Source: Oscillospiraceae bacterium (GTDB lineage: Bacteria; Bacillota; Clostridia; Oscillospirales; CAG-272). Taken from it: DNA of 64,000 bases. The DNA lies in the NCBI GenBank assembly GCA_015064095.1, contig SVSW01000001.1:64709-128708 (forward strand), read 5' to 3'. Made by a program: the position numbers and the translations under genes. The notes under the pieces are model-generated. The model was not told the DNA's origin. It ran no database searches and saw nothing but the letters and a program-made list of their open reading frames with translations. Shown piece after piece: positions 45,605 to 55,847 of this stretch. The first letter of the stretch is position 1, and every line of letters begins with the position of its first letter.

Positions 45605-48354
45605 TGACCGATAAAAATCCGGGTGCTGTCGGCCGTGCCAAAAAATCGCTTTTTCGCTCGCAAATGCGTGCGATCGCTTTCTTGCTCGCGGCGCTCATCT
45701 TGCTCGGTGTTGTCACCGGTGTCGTGCTATATATCGTGCGACAGGATATCGACACCTACCGCGAGGTTTTGAGCTACGGCTCCGACAGAAACGACACCTA
45801 TATATCATATTTCAGCCGACGCGACGGTGACAGCTTCGCCGTTTTCGACGAGGACGGAAACAAACTCACCCCGTTTGAATACGAAAAGAAGATATGCTAC
45901 GAAACTCGCGCGGGAACTATTCTCACATTAGATGCCGGCGGAATGTTTCAGGTCATCGCCATGCTTGATAACGGCGACGGCGAAACCGTGAACTCCTCAA
46001 ATACCGCCCTGCTTCTCTATCAGCGTCTTGAACGCTCCGAGATAAAAAGCATCGAGGCCGTTAACGACAAGGGCGGATACACGGTTTACAGCATTAAAAG
46101 CGACACCGACGGCGACGGAAAAAAGGAAACGAATTTCTTTATAAAGGATTATGAGAACTCGCCCATCGATCCCGTTATCCTTTCGGGTATCGTTACGCGC
46201 TGCGGCATACTTTCGCTCAACGTCAAGCTCGACCGCGACACAATGCTAGCCGAGGACGAAAAGCATAAAAACGATGCAGGCTATCAGCCGATAATAAATG
46301 CCGACGGCTCCGTTAATCTCTCAATATACGGACTTGCCGAAACTTACGAGGAGATCGACGGGGAAAGCGGCGAGCCCGTTACCAAGACTACCCCTTATTT
46401 CATACTCTCCGACGTATACGGAAATGTTCACAAAATATATATCGGCGATATGACCTCTGACGGCAACCATTATTACTTGCGCTATGAAAATATAGCTTCC
46501 GCGGTGCTTGATTCCGCTACCGCCTCCGCCTCGGAAAAGGAGGCTGAACGGAAAAAGCTCGAAAGCATTTCAAAAAATGTTTACCTTATATTAAAGGACC
46601 CCAGCGGCGTAAGCGGATATACCTCAGACGTTGAAAAAACAATGCTCGCATCTGCCGCCGAGATCTCCGCACCGACGGTCATCATGCCTTATACCACAAG
46701 TAACAGCTACGATGTGCGTGATTTTACAGTGCAAAGAAAAGACGGCGAGGATTATAAAAAGGTGATCTCTTTCACCTATAATCCGCTTGAGCTCAGAATG
46801 AACACGGTAAGCCAGGATTTCGTTTATCATATCGAAGATGCAGAGGGGCTCGGGCTCGTCGGCTACGAGCTTGATAACGACAGAACCTTTGACGCGATAT
46901 TTGCGCTTATCGATATTTCATCTGCCGCATCAAGCAGCTCTGCCTCTACCGTTGACCAGACCGTAACCTCTGTCAATTATATCAAAACGGTTGCGCTCGT
47001 CACCTCAAGGGTCAATGACCTTTCCGGCATCACCGAAGAAATAATAGAAAACGACGCAGAGATACGCTCGGCGCTCAAAGCGCTCGACAAATACGGCGTG
47101 CTCGATGCGGAGTTTATACTCAGCTTTGATATGCCCGAGGATATAAACGATGCGGATTCGGAAATCATCAGCCAAACGCTGCTGATCAGCAAAAAAACAG
47201 AAAACGACACCTATTACGTTTGGTCGCCAAGGTTCTCGCAGATCGTTGAGATAGGCAAGCAGTACCTTTATTTCCTCGAATACGACGGCTTTGATTGGGT
47301 CGACCGCGATATGATGCACACCTCGATCACCTTTTCGGACGGCATGCACATAAAGGCAGGCGACCTTGACGTTCTTTTCAAAATATACGACAAGATCACA
47401 GTCAATTCGAGAAACTCGTTTATCATTCCGAACAATCTGAAAGGCTACTATAACGGCTATTACGATGTGAATACGGTCATTGATGAAAACTGGAACCGAA
47501 CGATATCCGTCAAATCAAACGTCGTTTACACCGGAACTTATGCCGACGGCTCAACACAAGAGCTCACTCACTCATCAGATCTGTTTTCCGCCGACCTCTC
47601 TGTGGTTGAAAATTACTGCCGCAGATTGCTCGGAGATCCTTTGACCGGGCTCTCCTCCGATGATATTGCCGCTATGAACAAGTATGCAAGCAGTTTAAGC
47701 GGCAAGAGCGTGGCAAACGGCGTGGTCACTCTTACGCATAAGATCTATGCACCCGGAGATCAGTATCAGTACGTTAACAATACAAATTATTATTTGACGT
47801 TCACATACTCCGGCGAAAACCTTTCACTTTCTTCACGTGTGGAGGGTCAATCCTCGCGCCTGCTTTACGATTCCGAGATCTTCTCCGATTATTACGCATA
47901 TTACATTGACGACCGAAACAATACTCCCTCGCTTTCCGAGGACGAGCTTGAAGCTGTGGAGGAATTCTTTATGGCCGTCAATCGCGTAAGCTCTGAGCAA
48001 ACCCGCGTCACAGTTTCCGTTTCGGGCGGTGAGCCCTTCGATATGGGCGTTGCCGAATATAAGGAGCTTTATAAAAAGCTTCTCCAGATCTCGTTCTACG
48101 GACGCGCAGACGAAGCCGATACATCGGGCGGCAATGCATTGTCCTCCGAAGAAATGGAATCTTTTGCCGCAAGCGACGACGCTGCGCTGACGATCGATTT
48201 TTATCTCAGCGTCGGCGAGGACCTCGTTTTCCGTTCGTACGATTATTCGTCGACAAAGAGCTATACGACGATCAACCGCCACGGTAAATTTTATATCAAT
48301 AAAATAACCAAGGACGCTTTCGTTCGAGCAGTCGAAGAAATTGCAAACAAATAA
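45601..48354 (+). CDS. 917-aa membrane-anchored extracytoplasmic protein, function unknown (position of DUF4340-type partners)
   Basis: ORF 45529..48354 is trimmed to MMTDKNPGA (ATG 45601), which overlaps the GldG-like stop (ATGA). It has a single N-terminal TM helix (AIAFLLAALILLGVVTGVVLYIV). The terminator CCCCGACGGC/GCCGTCGGGG lies at 48355-48396. Confidence 0.6.
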   Translation: MMTDKNPGAVGRAKKSLFRSQMRAIAFLLAALILLGVVTGVVLYIVRQDIDTYREVLSYGSDRNDTYISYFSRRDGDSFAVFDEDGNKLTPFEYEKKICYETRAGTILTLDAGGMFQVIAMLDNGDGETVNSSNTALLLYQRLERSEIKSIEAVNDKGGYTVYSIKSDTDGDGKKETNFFIKDYENSPIDPVILSGIVTRCGILSLNVKLDRDTMLAEDEKHKNDAGYQPIINADGSVNLSIYGLAETYEEIDGESGEPVTKTTPYFILSDVYGNVHKIYIGDMTSDGNHYYLRYENIASAVLDSATASASEKEAERKKLESISKNVYLILKDPSGVSGYTSDVEKTMLASAAEISAPTVIMPYTTSNSYDVRDFTVQRKDGEDYKKVISFTYNPLELRMNTVSQDFVYHIEDAEGLGLVGYELDNDRTFDAIFALIDISSAASSSSASTVDQTVTSVNYIKTVALVTSRVNDLSGITEEIIENDAEIRSALKALDKYGVLDAEFILSFDMPEDINDADSEIISQTLLISKKTENDTYYVWSPRFSQIVEIGKQYLYFLEYDGFDWVDRDMMHTSITFSDGMHIKAGDLDVLFKIYDKITVNSRNSFIIPNNLKGYYNGYYDVNTVIDENWNRTISVKSNVVYTGTYADGSTQELTHSSDLFSADLSVVENYCRRLLGDPLTGLSSDDIAAMNKYASSLSGKSVANGVVTLTHKIYAPGDQYQYVNNTNYYLTFTYSGENLSLSSRVEGQSSRLLYDSEIFSDYYAYYIDDRNNTPSLSEDELEAVEEFFMAVNRVSSEQTRVTVSVSGGEPFDMGVAEYKELYKKLLQISFYGRADEADTSGGNALSSEEMESFAASDDAALTIDFYLSVGEDLVFRSYDYSSTKSYTTINRHGKFYINKITKDAFVRAVEEIANK

Positions 48355-48396
48355 AAAATACCCCGACGGCAAATGCCGTCGGGGTTGATTTTTTTA

Positions 48397-51300
48397 TCAG
48401 TCGTTCTTTCCGTAGAGGGTCTGGAGCTTGACGAGCTTGTCGTACTTCGCCTTTGCGTTAGCGTCTGCCTCTGCAAAGAGCTTCTCTGCTCTCTCGGGGA
48501 AGGCCTGTGCAAGTCTTGCGTATCTGACCTCGGACTTGATGAACTCTGCGTAATCCGCTGTCGGAGCCTTCGAGTCAATGACGAACTTCTTGTCGCCGGT
48601 CTCGGTGGGATTGAAGCGGAACATATGCCAGTAGCCGGACTCAACTGCCTTCTTCATTTCGAGCTGGCAGTTCTGCATGCCGCCCTTAACACCGTGCATC
48701 TCGCAAGGAGCATAGCCGATGATGAGCGACGGGCCATTGTATGCCTCTGCCTCTTTGAGCGCCTTGAGAAGCTGGTTCATATCAGCGCCCATTGCGACCT
48801 GTGCAACGTAAACGTAGCCATAGGACATTGCGATCTCAGCAAGGTTCTTCTTGCCGATCGCCTTACCTGCTGCTGCGAACTGTGCGACCTGTCCGAGCTG
48901 CGATGCCTTAGATGCCTGACCGCCGGTGTTAGAGTAGACCTCGGTATCGAATACCATGACGTTTACGTCTTCGCCGGAAGCGAGAACATGGTCAAGACCG
49001 CCAAAGCCGATATCGTATGCCCAGCCGTCACCTCCGAAGATCCAAACGGACTTCTTAGCGAGGTAATCCTTTTCCGCAAGGATAGCGGGAGCTGCGGGGC
49101 AGCCCGCGTTTGCGGCCTTTTCAAGCTCTGCGATAAGAGCAGCTGTTGCCTTTTCGTTCTCAGCACCGTTGTCCTTGGTGTCAAGGTAAGCCTTAGCGGC
49201 AGCCTTGAACTCGTCGGAAGCCTTGTCGGAATTCATCATTTCCTCAACCTTGCCGAGGAGCTTCTCGCGGATAGCCTTCTGACCGAGGGCCATTCCGAGA
49301 CCGTGCTCTGCGTTGTCCTCAAAGAGGGAGTTAGCCCATGCCGGACCCTTGCCGGACTCTTTGTTGACCGTGTAAGGAGTAGAGGGAGCAGAACCACCCC
49401 AAATGGAGGAGCAGCCTGTTGCATTCGAGATATACATTCTCTCACCGAAGAGCTGGGTGATAAGACGTGCGTAAGAGGTTTCGGCACAACCTGCGCAAGA
49501 GCCGGAGAACTCAAGCAGCGGCTGCTTGAACTGAGATCCCTTGATAGTCATATTGATGATCTCGGGCTTCTCTGCGACCTTTTCTACGCAGTAGTCGAAC
49601 GGAGCCTGCTGATCGAGCTGCGAAGCGGCGGAGACCATTTCGATAGCTCTCTTTTCGGGCTTGGTCGGGCAAGCCTTGACGCAGAGCGTGCAGCCCATGC
49701 AGTCAAGCGGGCTTATTGCCATTGTGAACTTGTAGTTTGTCTTTATAACGGGCTTTGCTGCGAACTTTGTCTGTGCGGGAGCTGCGGCTGCCTCTTCCTC
49801 GGTAAGAGCGAAGGGGCGGATCGCTGCGTGCGGGCAGACAAATGCGCACTGGTTACACTGAATGCAGTTTTCCTCGTGCCATACGGGAACGGAAACCGCA
49901 ACGCCGCGCTTTTCGAATGCGGCAGCACCCTGAGGATATGTACCGTCTGCTCTGTCCGCAAATACGGAAACGGGCAGCGAGTCACCTCTCATTGCGCCAA
50001 CGGGAGTTGCGATCTTGTTGACGTAATCAACAAGGACCTTGTCCTTACCGGTAGCGGGGGCGGCGGGAGCGTCGTCTGCGCAGGTTGCCCATGCGGCAGG
50101 AACGTCTACCTTAACGTATGCATCAGCACCTGCATCGATCGCGGCATAGTTGAGATCAACGATAGCCTGACCCTTCTTGATGTAGGACTTGTATGCCATC
50201 TTCTTCATGTACTCGATAGCGTCTTCCTTCGGAAGAATGCCTGCAAGCGAGAAGAATGCGGACTGGAGAACGGTGTTCTTGACCTTACCGTTGCCGATAC
50301 GGTTGAGAGCGATACCGGTTCCGTCGATAATATAAAGATTTACATTATTCTTTGCGATATACTGCTTAACGGCGGAGGGGAGCTTTGCATCAAGCTCGTC
50401 TACCGACCAGTTGCAGTCAAGCAGGAACGTGCCGCCGGGCTTTACGTCCTGAACCATGTCATACTTCGTGAGGTATGCCTTGTTGTGGCAAGCAACGAAG
50501 TTTGCCTTGTTGATGTAGTACGGGCTCTTTATGGGAGCATCGCCGAAGCGGAGATGGGAAATGGTGATACCCGAGGTCTTCTTCGAGTCATACTGGAAGT
50601 ATGCCTGAATGTACTTATCGGTGTGGTCACCGATGATCTTGATGGAGTTCTTGTTAGCACCGACCGTACCGTCGCCGCCAAGACCCCAGAACTTGCAGGA
50701 GACCGTGCCGGCAGCTGCGGTATCGGGGCAATCCTTTTCGTCGAGGGAGTGACCTGTGAGGTCATCGACGATACCGATGGTAAAGCCGTTTTTCGGCTCT
50801 GCTGCATTGAGGTTCTCAAAGCAAGCGAAGATGGAAGCGGGAGTTGTATCCTTAGATCCAAGACCGTAGCGTCCGCCAACGACCTTGATGCCGTTCTTTC
50901 CTGCAAGAGCAAGCGAGGTGACAACGTCGAGGTAAAGCGGCTCGCCGAGAGAGCCGGGCTCCTTGGTGCGGTCGAGAACCGCAATGGACTTAACGGTTGC
51001 GGGGATAGCACCGATGAGCTTGTCTGCTCTCCAAGGTCTGTAAAGACGAACCTTGATAAGACCGACCTTTTCGCCGTGTGCGTTCATGTAGTCTATAACT
51101 TCCTCACAAACGTCGCAAACAGATCCCATAGCGATGATCACGCGATCGGCATCGGGTGCGCCGTAGTAGTTGAAGAGCTTATAATCCGTTCCGAGCTTTT
51201 CGTTGACCTTGTCCATGTACTCCTCAACGATATCGGGGAATGCATCGTAATAGGGGTTGCAAGCCTCTCTGTGCTGGAAGAAGATATCTCCGTTTTCGGC

Positions 51301-51981
51301 AGAACCGCGGAGAACGGGGTGCTCGGGGTTGATCGAGTTCTTTCTGAAAGCGTCAACTGCGTCCCAATCCACCATATCCTTGAGGTCCTCAACGTCCCAA
51401 GCCTCGATCTTCTGAACCTCGTGGGAGGTGCGGAAGCCGTCGAAGAAGTTAAGTACGGGAACGCGGCCCTTGATGGTTGCAAGGTGAGCAACGGCACCGA
51501 GGTCCATGATCTCCTGCTGGTTGGTCTCAGCCATCATTGCGTAACCTGTCTGACGGCAAGCATATACGTCGGAGTGATCGCCAAAAATGTTAAGCGCGTG
51601 GGAAGCTACGCAACGAGCCGAAACATGGATAACGCTGGGAAGAAGCTCACCGGCGATCTTGTACATGTTCGGGATCATGAGAAGCAGACCCTGCGACGCT
51701 GTGTAAGTAGTGGTAAGAGCACCTGCTGCAAGAGAGCCGTGAACAGCACCGGCTGCGCCTGCCTCGGACTGCATCTCAACGACCTGTACGCGCTCACCGA
51801 AGATGTTTCTTGCGGGCTTGCCGAGCAGGTTCTTGTCAACAGCCGACCATGCATCGGTCGTTTCTGCCATAGGGCTCGAAGGTGTGATGGGGTAGATGGC
51901 GGCAACCTCTGTAAACGCATAAGAAACATGCGCCGCAGCGGTGTTACCATCAACGGAAATCTTTTGACGTTTGATTGCCAT
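48397..51981 (-). CDS. nifJ: pyruvate:ferredoxin (flavodoxin) oxidoreductase, single-polypeptide type
   Basis: The 1194-aa ORF has the typical PFOR N-terminus (DGNTAAAHVSYAFTEVAAIYPITPSS), two ferredoxin-type CxxCxxCxxxCP motifs and the TPP motif GGDGWAYDIG. Confidence 0.9.
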   Translation of the reverse strand: MAIKRQKISVDGNTAAAHVSYAFTEVAAIYPITPSSPMAETTDAWSAVDKNLLGKPARNIFGERVQVVEMQSEAGAAGAVHGSLAAGALTTTYTASQGLLLMIPNMYKIAGELLPSVIHVSARCVASHALNIFGDHSDVYACRQTGYAMMAETNQQEIMDLGAVAHLATIKGRVPVLNFFDGFRTSHEVQKIEAWDVEDLKDMVDWDAVDAFRKNSINPEHPVLRGSAENGDIFFQHREACNPYYDAFPDIVEEYMDKVNEKLGTDYKLFNYYGAPDADRVIIAMGSVCDVCEEVIDYMNAHGEKVGLIKVRLYRPWRADKLIGAIPATVKSIAVLDRTKEPGSLGEPLYLDVVTSLALAGKNGIKVVGGRYGLGSKDTTPASIFACFENLNAAEPKNGFTIGIVDDLTGHSLDEKDCPDTAAAGTVSCKFWGLGGDGTVGANKNSIKIIGDHTDKYIQAYFQYDSKKTSGITISHLRFGDAPIKSPYYINKANFVACHNKAYLTKYDMVQDVKPGGTFLLDCNWSVDELDAKLPSAVKQYIAKNNVNLYIIDGTGIALNRIGNGKVKNTVLQSAFFSLAGILPKEDAIEYMKKMAYKSYIKKGQAIVDLNYAAIDAGADAYVKVDVPAAWATCADDAPAAPATGKDKVLVDYVNKIATPVGAMRGDSLPVSVFADRADGTYPQGAAAFEKRGVAVSVPVWHEENCIQCNQCAFVCPHAAIRPFALTEEEAAAAPAQTKFAAKPVIKTNYKFTMAISPLDCMGCTLCVKACPTKPEKRAIEMVSAASQLDQQAPFDYCVEKVAEKPEIINMTIKGSQFKQPLLEFSGSCAGCAETSYARLITQLFGERMYISNATGCSSIWGGSAPSTPYTVNKESGKGPAWANSLFEDNAEHGLGMALGQKAIREKLLGKVEEMMNSDKASDEFKAAAKAYLDTKDNGAENEKATAALIAELEKAANAGCPAAPAILAEKDYLAKKSVWIFGGDGWAYDIGFGGLDHVLASGEDVNVMVFDTEVYSNTGGQASKASQLGQVAQFAAAGKAIGKKNLAEIAMSYGYVYVAQVAMGADMNQLLKALKEAEAYNGPSLIIGYAPCEMHGVKGGMQNCQLEMKKAVESGYWHMFRFNPTETGDKKFVIDSKAPTADYAEFIKSEVRYARLAQAFPERAEKLFAEADANAKAKYDKLVKLQTLYGKND

Positions 51982-52259
51982 TTGATTTTTTCCTCCTGAT
52001 ATATAATAATTTTTTTATTTCGAATTTGACAAAAAATTCTCATTCTTAATTATTGTAACACTTTTTTCTCCAAAAGTAAAGTGATTTGTTCAAATTTATT
52101 CCCATATATTAAAGGAATTTTGCCCGAAATTTGAAATTAAGCTCAAATTATTGTAACCGAGCGCATTTTGTGGTATTATATGAACAAGATACCTTCTTCG
52201 CCGCAGCGAAAGGCTGCTGTGATCTGCGGATCTGAGATCTCTCTTTTTTCGGAGGAAAA

Positions 52260-52745
52260 ATGTACACCTTTACACCAAGACCCGACCGTCGGCTTCCCTT
52301 TACCGCCGTGCTCATCTGCGCCTCCCTCGGCATTGCGCTCTTTTTGCCGATCTCGGACAACGGCTCTTTGCTGCTTTGGCTTCGCACAGGCGGTCTTTGG
52401 GCGTTTTTTGCGGCGTTCGTCGTAGCCGACAAATTTCTTTTAACTTCGTACGTATACTCCGTTGAAGAAACCGACAGTGCGCCCGATCTCGTTATAGAGG
52501 AGATCCGTTTTCGCCGCCGTCGCACCGTTTGCCGAATCTCGCTTGACGAGATCATCTCAATAAAAAAAGGCGACAAGACCGCACCGAGGCGCGGACCGCG
52601 CGTTTATAATTACCGCACCGAATTTCCCTCTCGCGGCTTTTATTTGCTCCGAGGCGAGGACGCAGACGGCGAATTTTTCATAAAATTCGCTCCCGATGCC
52701 AAAATGGCAGATATTATCGACGCTTTTTTATCGCAGAAAAATTGA
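52260..52745 (+). CDS. hypothetical membrane protein
   Basis: The 161-aa ORF has a GGAGG RBS, two N-terminal hydrophobic helices and a soluble C-terminal domain. I do not recognise a family. Confidence 0.5.
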   Translation: MYTFTPRPDRRLPFTAVLICASLGIALFLPISDNGSLLLWLRTGGLWAFFAAFVVADKFLLTSYVYSVEETDSAPDLVIEEIRFRRRRTVCRISLDEIISIKKGDKTAPRRGPRVYNYRTEFPSRGFYLLRGEDADGEFFIKFAPDAKMADIIDAFLSQKN

Positions 52746-52883
52746 CAACGGGCGATAAATATTGTATAATGATATAATAATCGTTTCGATGGGAAGCAAT
52801 GGGCGACATTTCGGTTCGTTGTCGGCTTTATTACGACTGCTTCGGGCGAGGCAATAATGATTATGAAGGAGTAAAAAGATAAA

Positions 52884-53633
52884 ATGTCAAGCAAAAGCTC
52901 AATGAGAACGGTTGGCAGGATCGTGAAATATCTTCTTTACGCCATTATCTTCGCAGTCATGATATTCCTCGTTTGGCGTGCGTTCTTCTCCGACATAATG
53001 CCGAAATCCGTGGAAACGCTTATTATAACCGACGAGCTTAAAGCCGCATATGCGGAAAACGGAAATTTAACTCTAAAATATCAAAATCTCGATATGATCT
53101 CGCGTGTCCAGCTATCGGAAAAAGAGGAAAAGGAGCAGGATCGCTTCAATAATTACGGATATTTTGCGATAACGAAGGTCGATATAATCCCCGAGGCGGA
53201 TCAAATACAGATCGTTTTCCGATATAATAACAGCACCTTGCGCGAGCTGGCAAAGGATTATTCGCTTCCGTCCGTGCCCGATCGCACCGAGGAGCTTTAC
53301 GATCTTTCGCTCGTCGTCGCAACCGATCTTACGCCCGACGACACCTCGGACAATTTAAGCTCCGATGAAAAATCGGTGATGAGCACAAGATATTTCCCAA
53401 CCGAAGCATACACCGTTTCGGACGAGAAGAATATGTATAATTACAGAAAATTCGTGTTCGAGGGCATAGATCTTAACGACCTCAACCTCGCGATATACGC
53501 GGACATATACTATAAAGGGGACATAAACTACGAAAGGACAGCATACGGCACTCTCTGTATTTGGGATCACTTGACGGAGGATCGCATACGCGAGCTGACA
53601 AAAGATGATATCGCCGCGCTGGAAAGGAAATAA
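52884..53633 (+). CDS. hypothetical membrane-anchored protein
   Basis: The 249-aa ORF has a GAAGGAG RBS and a single N-terminal TM helix (YLLYAIIFAVMIFLVW). The TTGACA-17-TATAAT promoter lies at about 52744-52772. Confidence 0.5.
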   Translation: MSSKSSMRTVGRIVKYLLYAIIFAVMIFLVWRAFFSDIMPKSVETLIITDELKAAYAENGNLTLKYQNLDMISRVQLSEKEEKEQDRFNNYGYFAITKVDIIPEADQIQIVFRYNNSTLRELAKDYSLPSVPDRTEELYDLSLVVATDLTPDDTSDNLSSDEKSVMSTRYFPTEAYTVSDEKNMYNYRKFVFEGIDLNDLNLAIYADIYYKGDINYERTAYGTLCIWDHLTEDRIRELTKDDIAALERK

Positions 53634-53635
53634 TC

Positions 53636-54430
53636 ATGATCGAAGATATTTTTGACAAGGAAGATCTCCGGCGGCTCGCAAAAGCCTCGGCGACTAAAAT
53701 AAAATGGGCAAAGCGAGCCGGAAAAAAGCTCGTGCGCGAGGCAACGGACTGCATTGAATGTGCAGGGGAAAAGCTTTCGGACGTAAAACGCAAGGTCGAA
53801 GCCGAGATCCGCGAGGACATCGCCGCCGTGCGCCAACGCGACCCCGCTGCAAAAAGCAATATTGAAATTCTGCTGCTCTACTCGGGAGTTCATGCAATTT
53901 TGGCTTACCGTGTGGCACATAAGCTCTATGTTTCGGATCACTATTTCTCCGCACGCTGCTTGAGCCAAATAGCCCGCGCCGCAACGGGGATCGAGATCCA
54001 CCCCGGCGCAACTATCGGGCATGACTTTTTCATCGACCACGGCATGGGTGTCGTTATCGGTGAGACCACCGAGATCGGTGACGGCTGCACGATCTACCAG
54101 GGCGTAACTCTCGGCGGTACGGGAAAAGATACCGGAAAGCGCCACCCAACACTCGGCAACAACGTCATGGTCGGAGCGGGCGCAAAGGTGCTCGGCCCCG
54201 TTAAGATCGGGGATAACTCAAAGATCGCCGCAGGCGCTGTCGTGCTTCGGGAGATACCCGATGACAGCACTGCCGTCGGTATTCCCGCAAAGGTCGTTCG
54301 CCGCAGCGGCGCGCGCCCCGAGGAGCTTGACCAGATCCATATTCCCGACCCCGTTGCACGCGAGCTTTGCGAGCTGACGCGTAAGCTCGGCGAGCTTGAA
54401 GATAAAATAAAATCCTTGGAGAACAAATAA
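53636..54430 (+). CDS. cysE: serine O-acetyltransferase
   Basis: The 264-aa ORF has the hexapeptide-repeat core GIEIHPGATIGHDFFIDHGMGVVIGETTEIGDGCTIYQGVTLGG. Confidence 0.85.
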   Translation: MIEDIFDKEDLRRLAKASATKIKWAKRAGKKLVREATDCIECAGEKLSDVKRKVEAEIREDIAAVRQRDPAAKSNIEILLLYSGVHAILAYRVAHKLYVSDHYFSARCLSQIARAATGIEIHPGATIGHDFFIDHGMGVVIGETTEIGDGCTIYQGVTLGGTGKDTGKRHPTLGNNVMVGAGAKVLGPVKIGDNSKIAAGAVVLREIPDDSTAVGIPAKVVRRSGARPEELDQIHIPDPVARELCELTRKLGELEDKIKSLENK

Positions 54431-54431
54431 A

Positions 54432-55832
54432 ATGCTTATATACAATTCACTGACCAGAAAAAGAGAAGAATTCAAACCGCACGAGGAAGGCACCGTCAAG
54501 ATGTATACCTGCGGTCCGACCGTTTATCACTTCGCGCACATCGGAAACCTGCGTTCATATCTTATGGAGGACGTGCTTGAGCGCTATCTGCGTTATTCGG
54601 GCTACGCCGTCACTCGCGTTATGAACATCACCGACGTCGGACATCTGACAAGCGATGCCGACGAGGGCGAGGACAAAATGCTAAAAGGTGCCAAGCGCGA
54701 GAAAAAGACCGTTATGGAGATCGCAAAATTCTACACCGACGCGTTTTTTGCAGACTGCGCAAAGCTCAATATAAACACCCCCGATATCGTTCAGCCGGCG
54801 ACAGGCTGCATTGACGATTTCATTCGCGTTATAGAGGGTCTTATCGAAAAGGGCTACGCTTATATTGCGGGCGGAAACGTCTATTTTGACACCTCAAAGC
54901 TCGATAAATACTACGTTTTCAACGATTTTCGCGAAGAAGACCTTGAGGTCGGAGTGCGCGAGGGCGTTGAGGGCGACGAAAACAAGAAAAACAAAGCCGA
55001 TTTCGTGCTTTGGTTCACTCGCTCGAAATTCGACGATCAGGAGCTTAAATGGGACAGCCCTTGGGGCGTAGGATATCCCGGCTGGCATATCGAGTGCTCC
55101 TGCATCTCGATGAAATATCTCGGTGAATATCTTGACATACACTGCGGCGGTATCGACAACGCATTCCCCCACCACACAAACGAGATCGCACAGTCCGAGG
55201 CATATGTGGGGCACGAGTGGTGTCCTTACTGGTTCCACGTACATCACCTTAATACGACAAGCGGAAAGATGAGCAAATCTACGGGCGAATTTCTGACCGT
55301 TTCCCTGCTTGAAGAAAAGGGCTACGACCCTCTTATTTACCGCTTCTTCTGCATGCAGTCGCATTACAGAAAATCCCTCGTTTTCTCTTACGAGGGACTG
55401 GACAACGCTCGCGTAGCGTACGGCAAGCTCGTCAACCGCATAGCGGCACTCAAAAACGAGGGCGAGATCGACGAAGCCGCAGCAGCCGAGCTTCGCGCAA
55501 AATTTAAATCGGCTCTTGATAACGATCTTAATACATCGCTTGCGGTCACGGCATATTACGACGTTCTGAAAGCACAGACGAACGATAAAACGAAGCTTTC
55601 GGTGCTCGAAGAATTTGAAACCGTGCTTGCGCTCGGACTTCTTGACGCCGCGAAAAAGCAGAGCGAAGAAAAGGTTGAGGGTGACCCCTATATCCTCGAT
55701 ATGATCGCACAGCGTGCAGCTGCCAAAAAGGCGAAAAATTATGCGGAGGCAGACCGTATCAGAAACGAGCTTGCCGCGCAGGGCATAACCTTGATAGATA
55801 CGCCTCAGGGCACAAAATACACGAAAGAATAA
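54432..55832 (+). CDS. cysS: cysteine--tRNA ligase
   Basis: The 466-aa ORF has the HIGH-type motif HFAHIGN and the KMSKS motif. Confidence 0.9.
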   Translation: MLIYNSLTRKREEFKPHEEGTVKMYTCGPTVYHFAHIGNLRSYLMEDVLERYLRYSGYAVTRVMNITDVGHLTSDADEGEDKMLKGAKREKKTVMEIAKFYTDAFFADCAKLNINTPDIVQPATGCIDDFIRVIEGLIEKGYAYIAGGNVYFDTSKLDKYYVFNDFREEDLEVGVREGVEGDENKKNKADFVLWFTRSKFDDQELKWDSPWGVGYPGWHIECSCISMKYLGEYLDIHCGGIDNAFPHHTNEIAQSEAYVGHEWCPYWFHVHHLNTTSGKMSKSTGEFLTVSLLEEKGYDPLIYRFFCMQSHYRKSLVFSYEGLDNARVAYGKLVNRIAALKNEGEIDEAAAAELRAKFKSALDNDLNTSLAVTAYYDVLKAQTNDKTKLSVLEEFETVLALGLLDAAKKQSEEKVEGDPYILDMIAQRAAAKKAKNYAEADRIRNELAAQGITLIDTPQGTKYTKE

Positions 55833-55847
55833 AAGGAGAACGGAGAG

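Noticed and set aside
48397-51981. The possibility that the PFOR in this window is the reductive carboxylase partner of the T-box-controlled acyl-CoA synthetases.
   Set aside because: It is not linked to either synthetase gene. It has the standard single-chain pyruvate-type architecture and its own promoter and terminator. The known branched-chain 2-oxoacid enzymes are separate VOR-type complexes. I mention it only as something to test, not as a claim.
48373-51999. A 1208-aa stop-free ORF on the plus strand that spans exactly the PFOR gene.
   Set aside because: It is the antisense frame of a very confidently identified nifJ/PFOR gene. Its ends coincide with that gene, and its start lies inside the terminator hairpin with no RBS. 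Its translation is low-complexity and Cys/Leu/Val/Gly/Arg/Ser-rich, with no recognisable motif. I treat it as a shadow ORF produced by the codon bias of the real gene.
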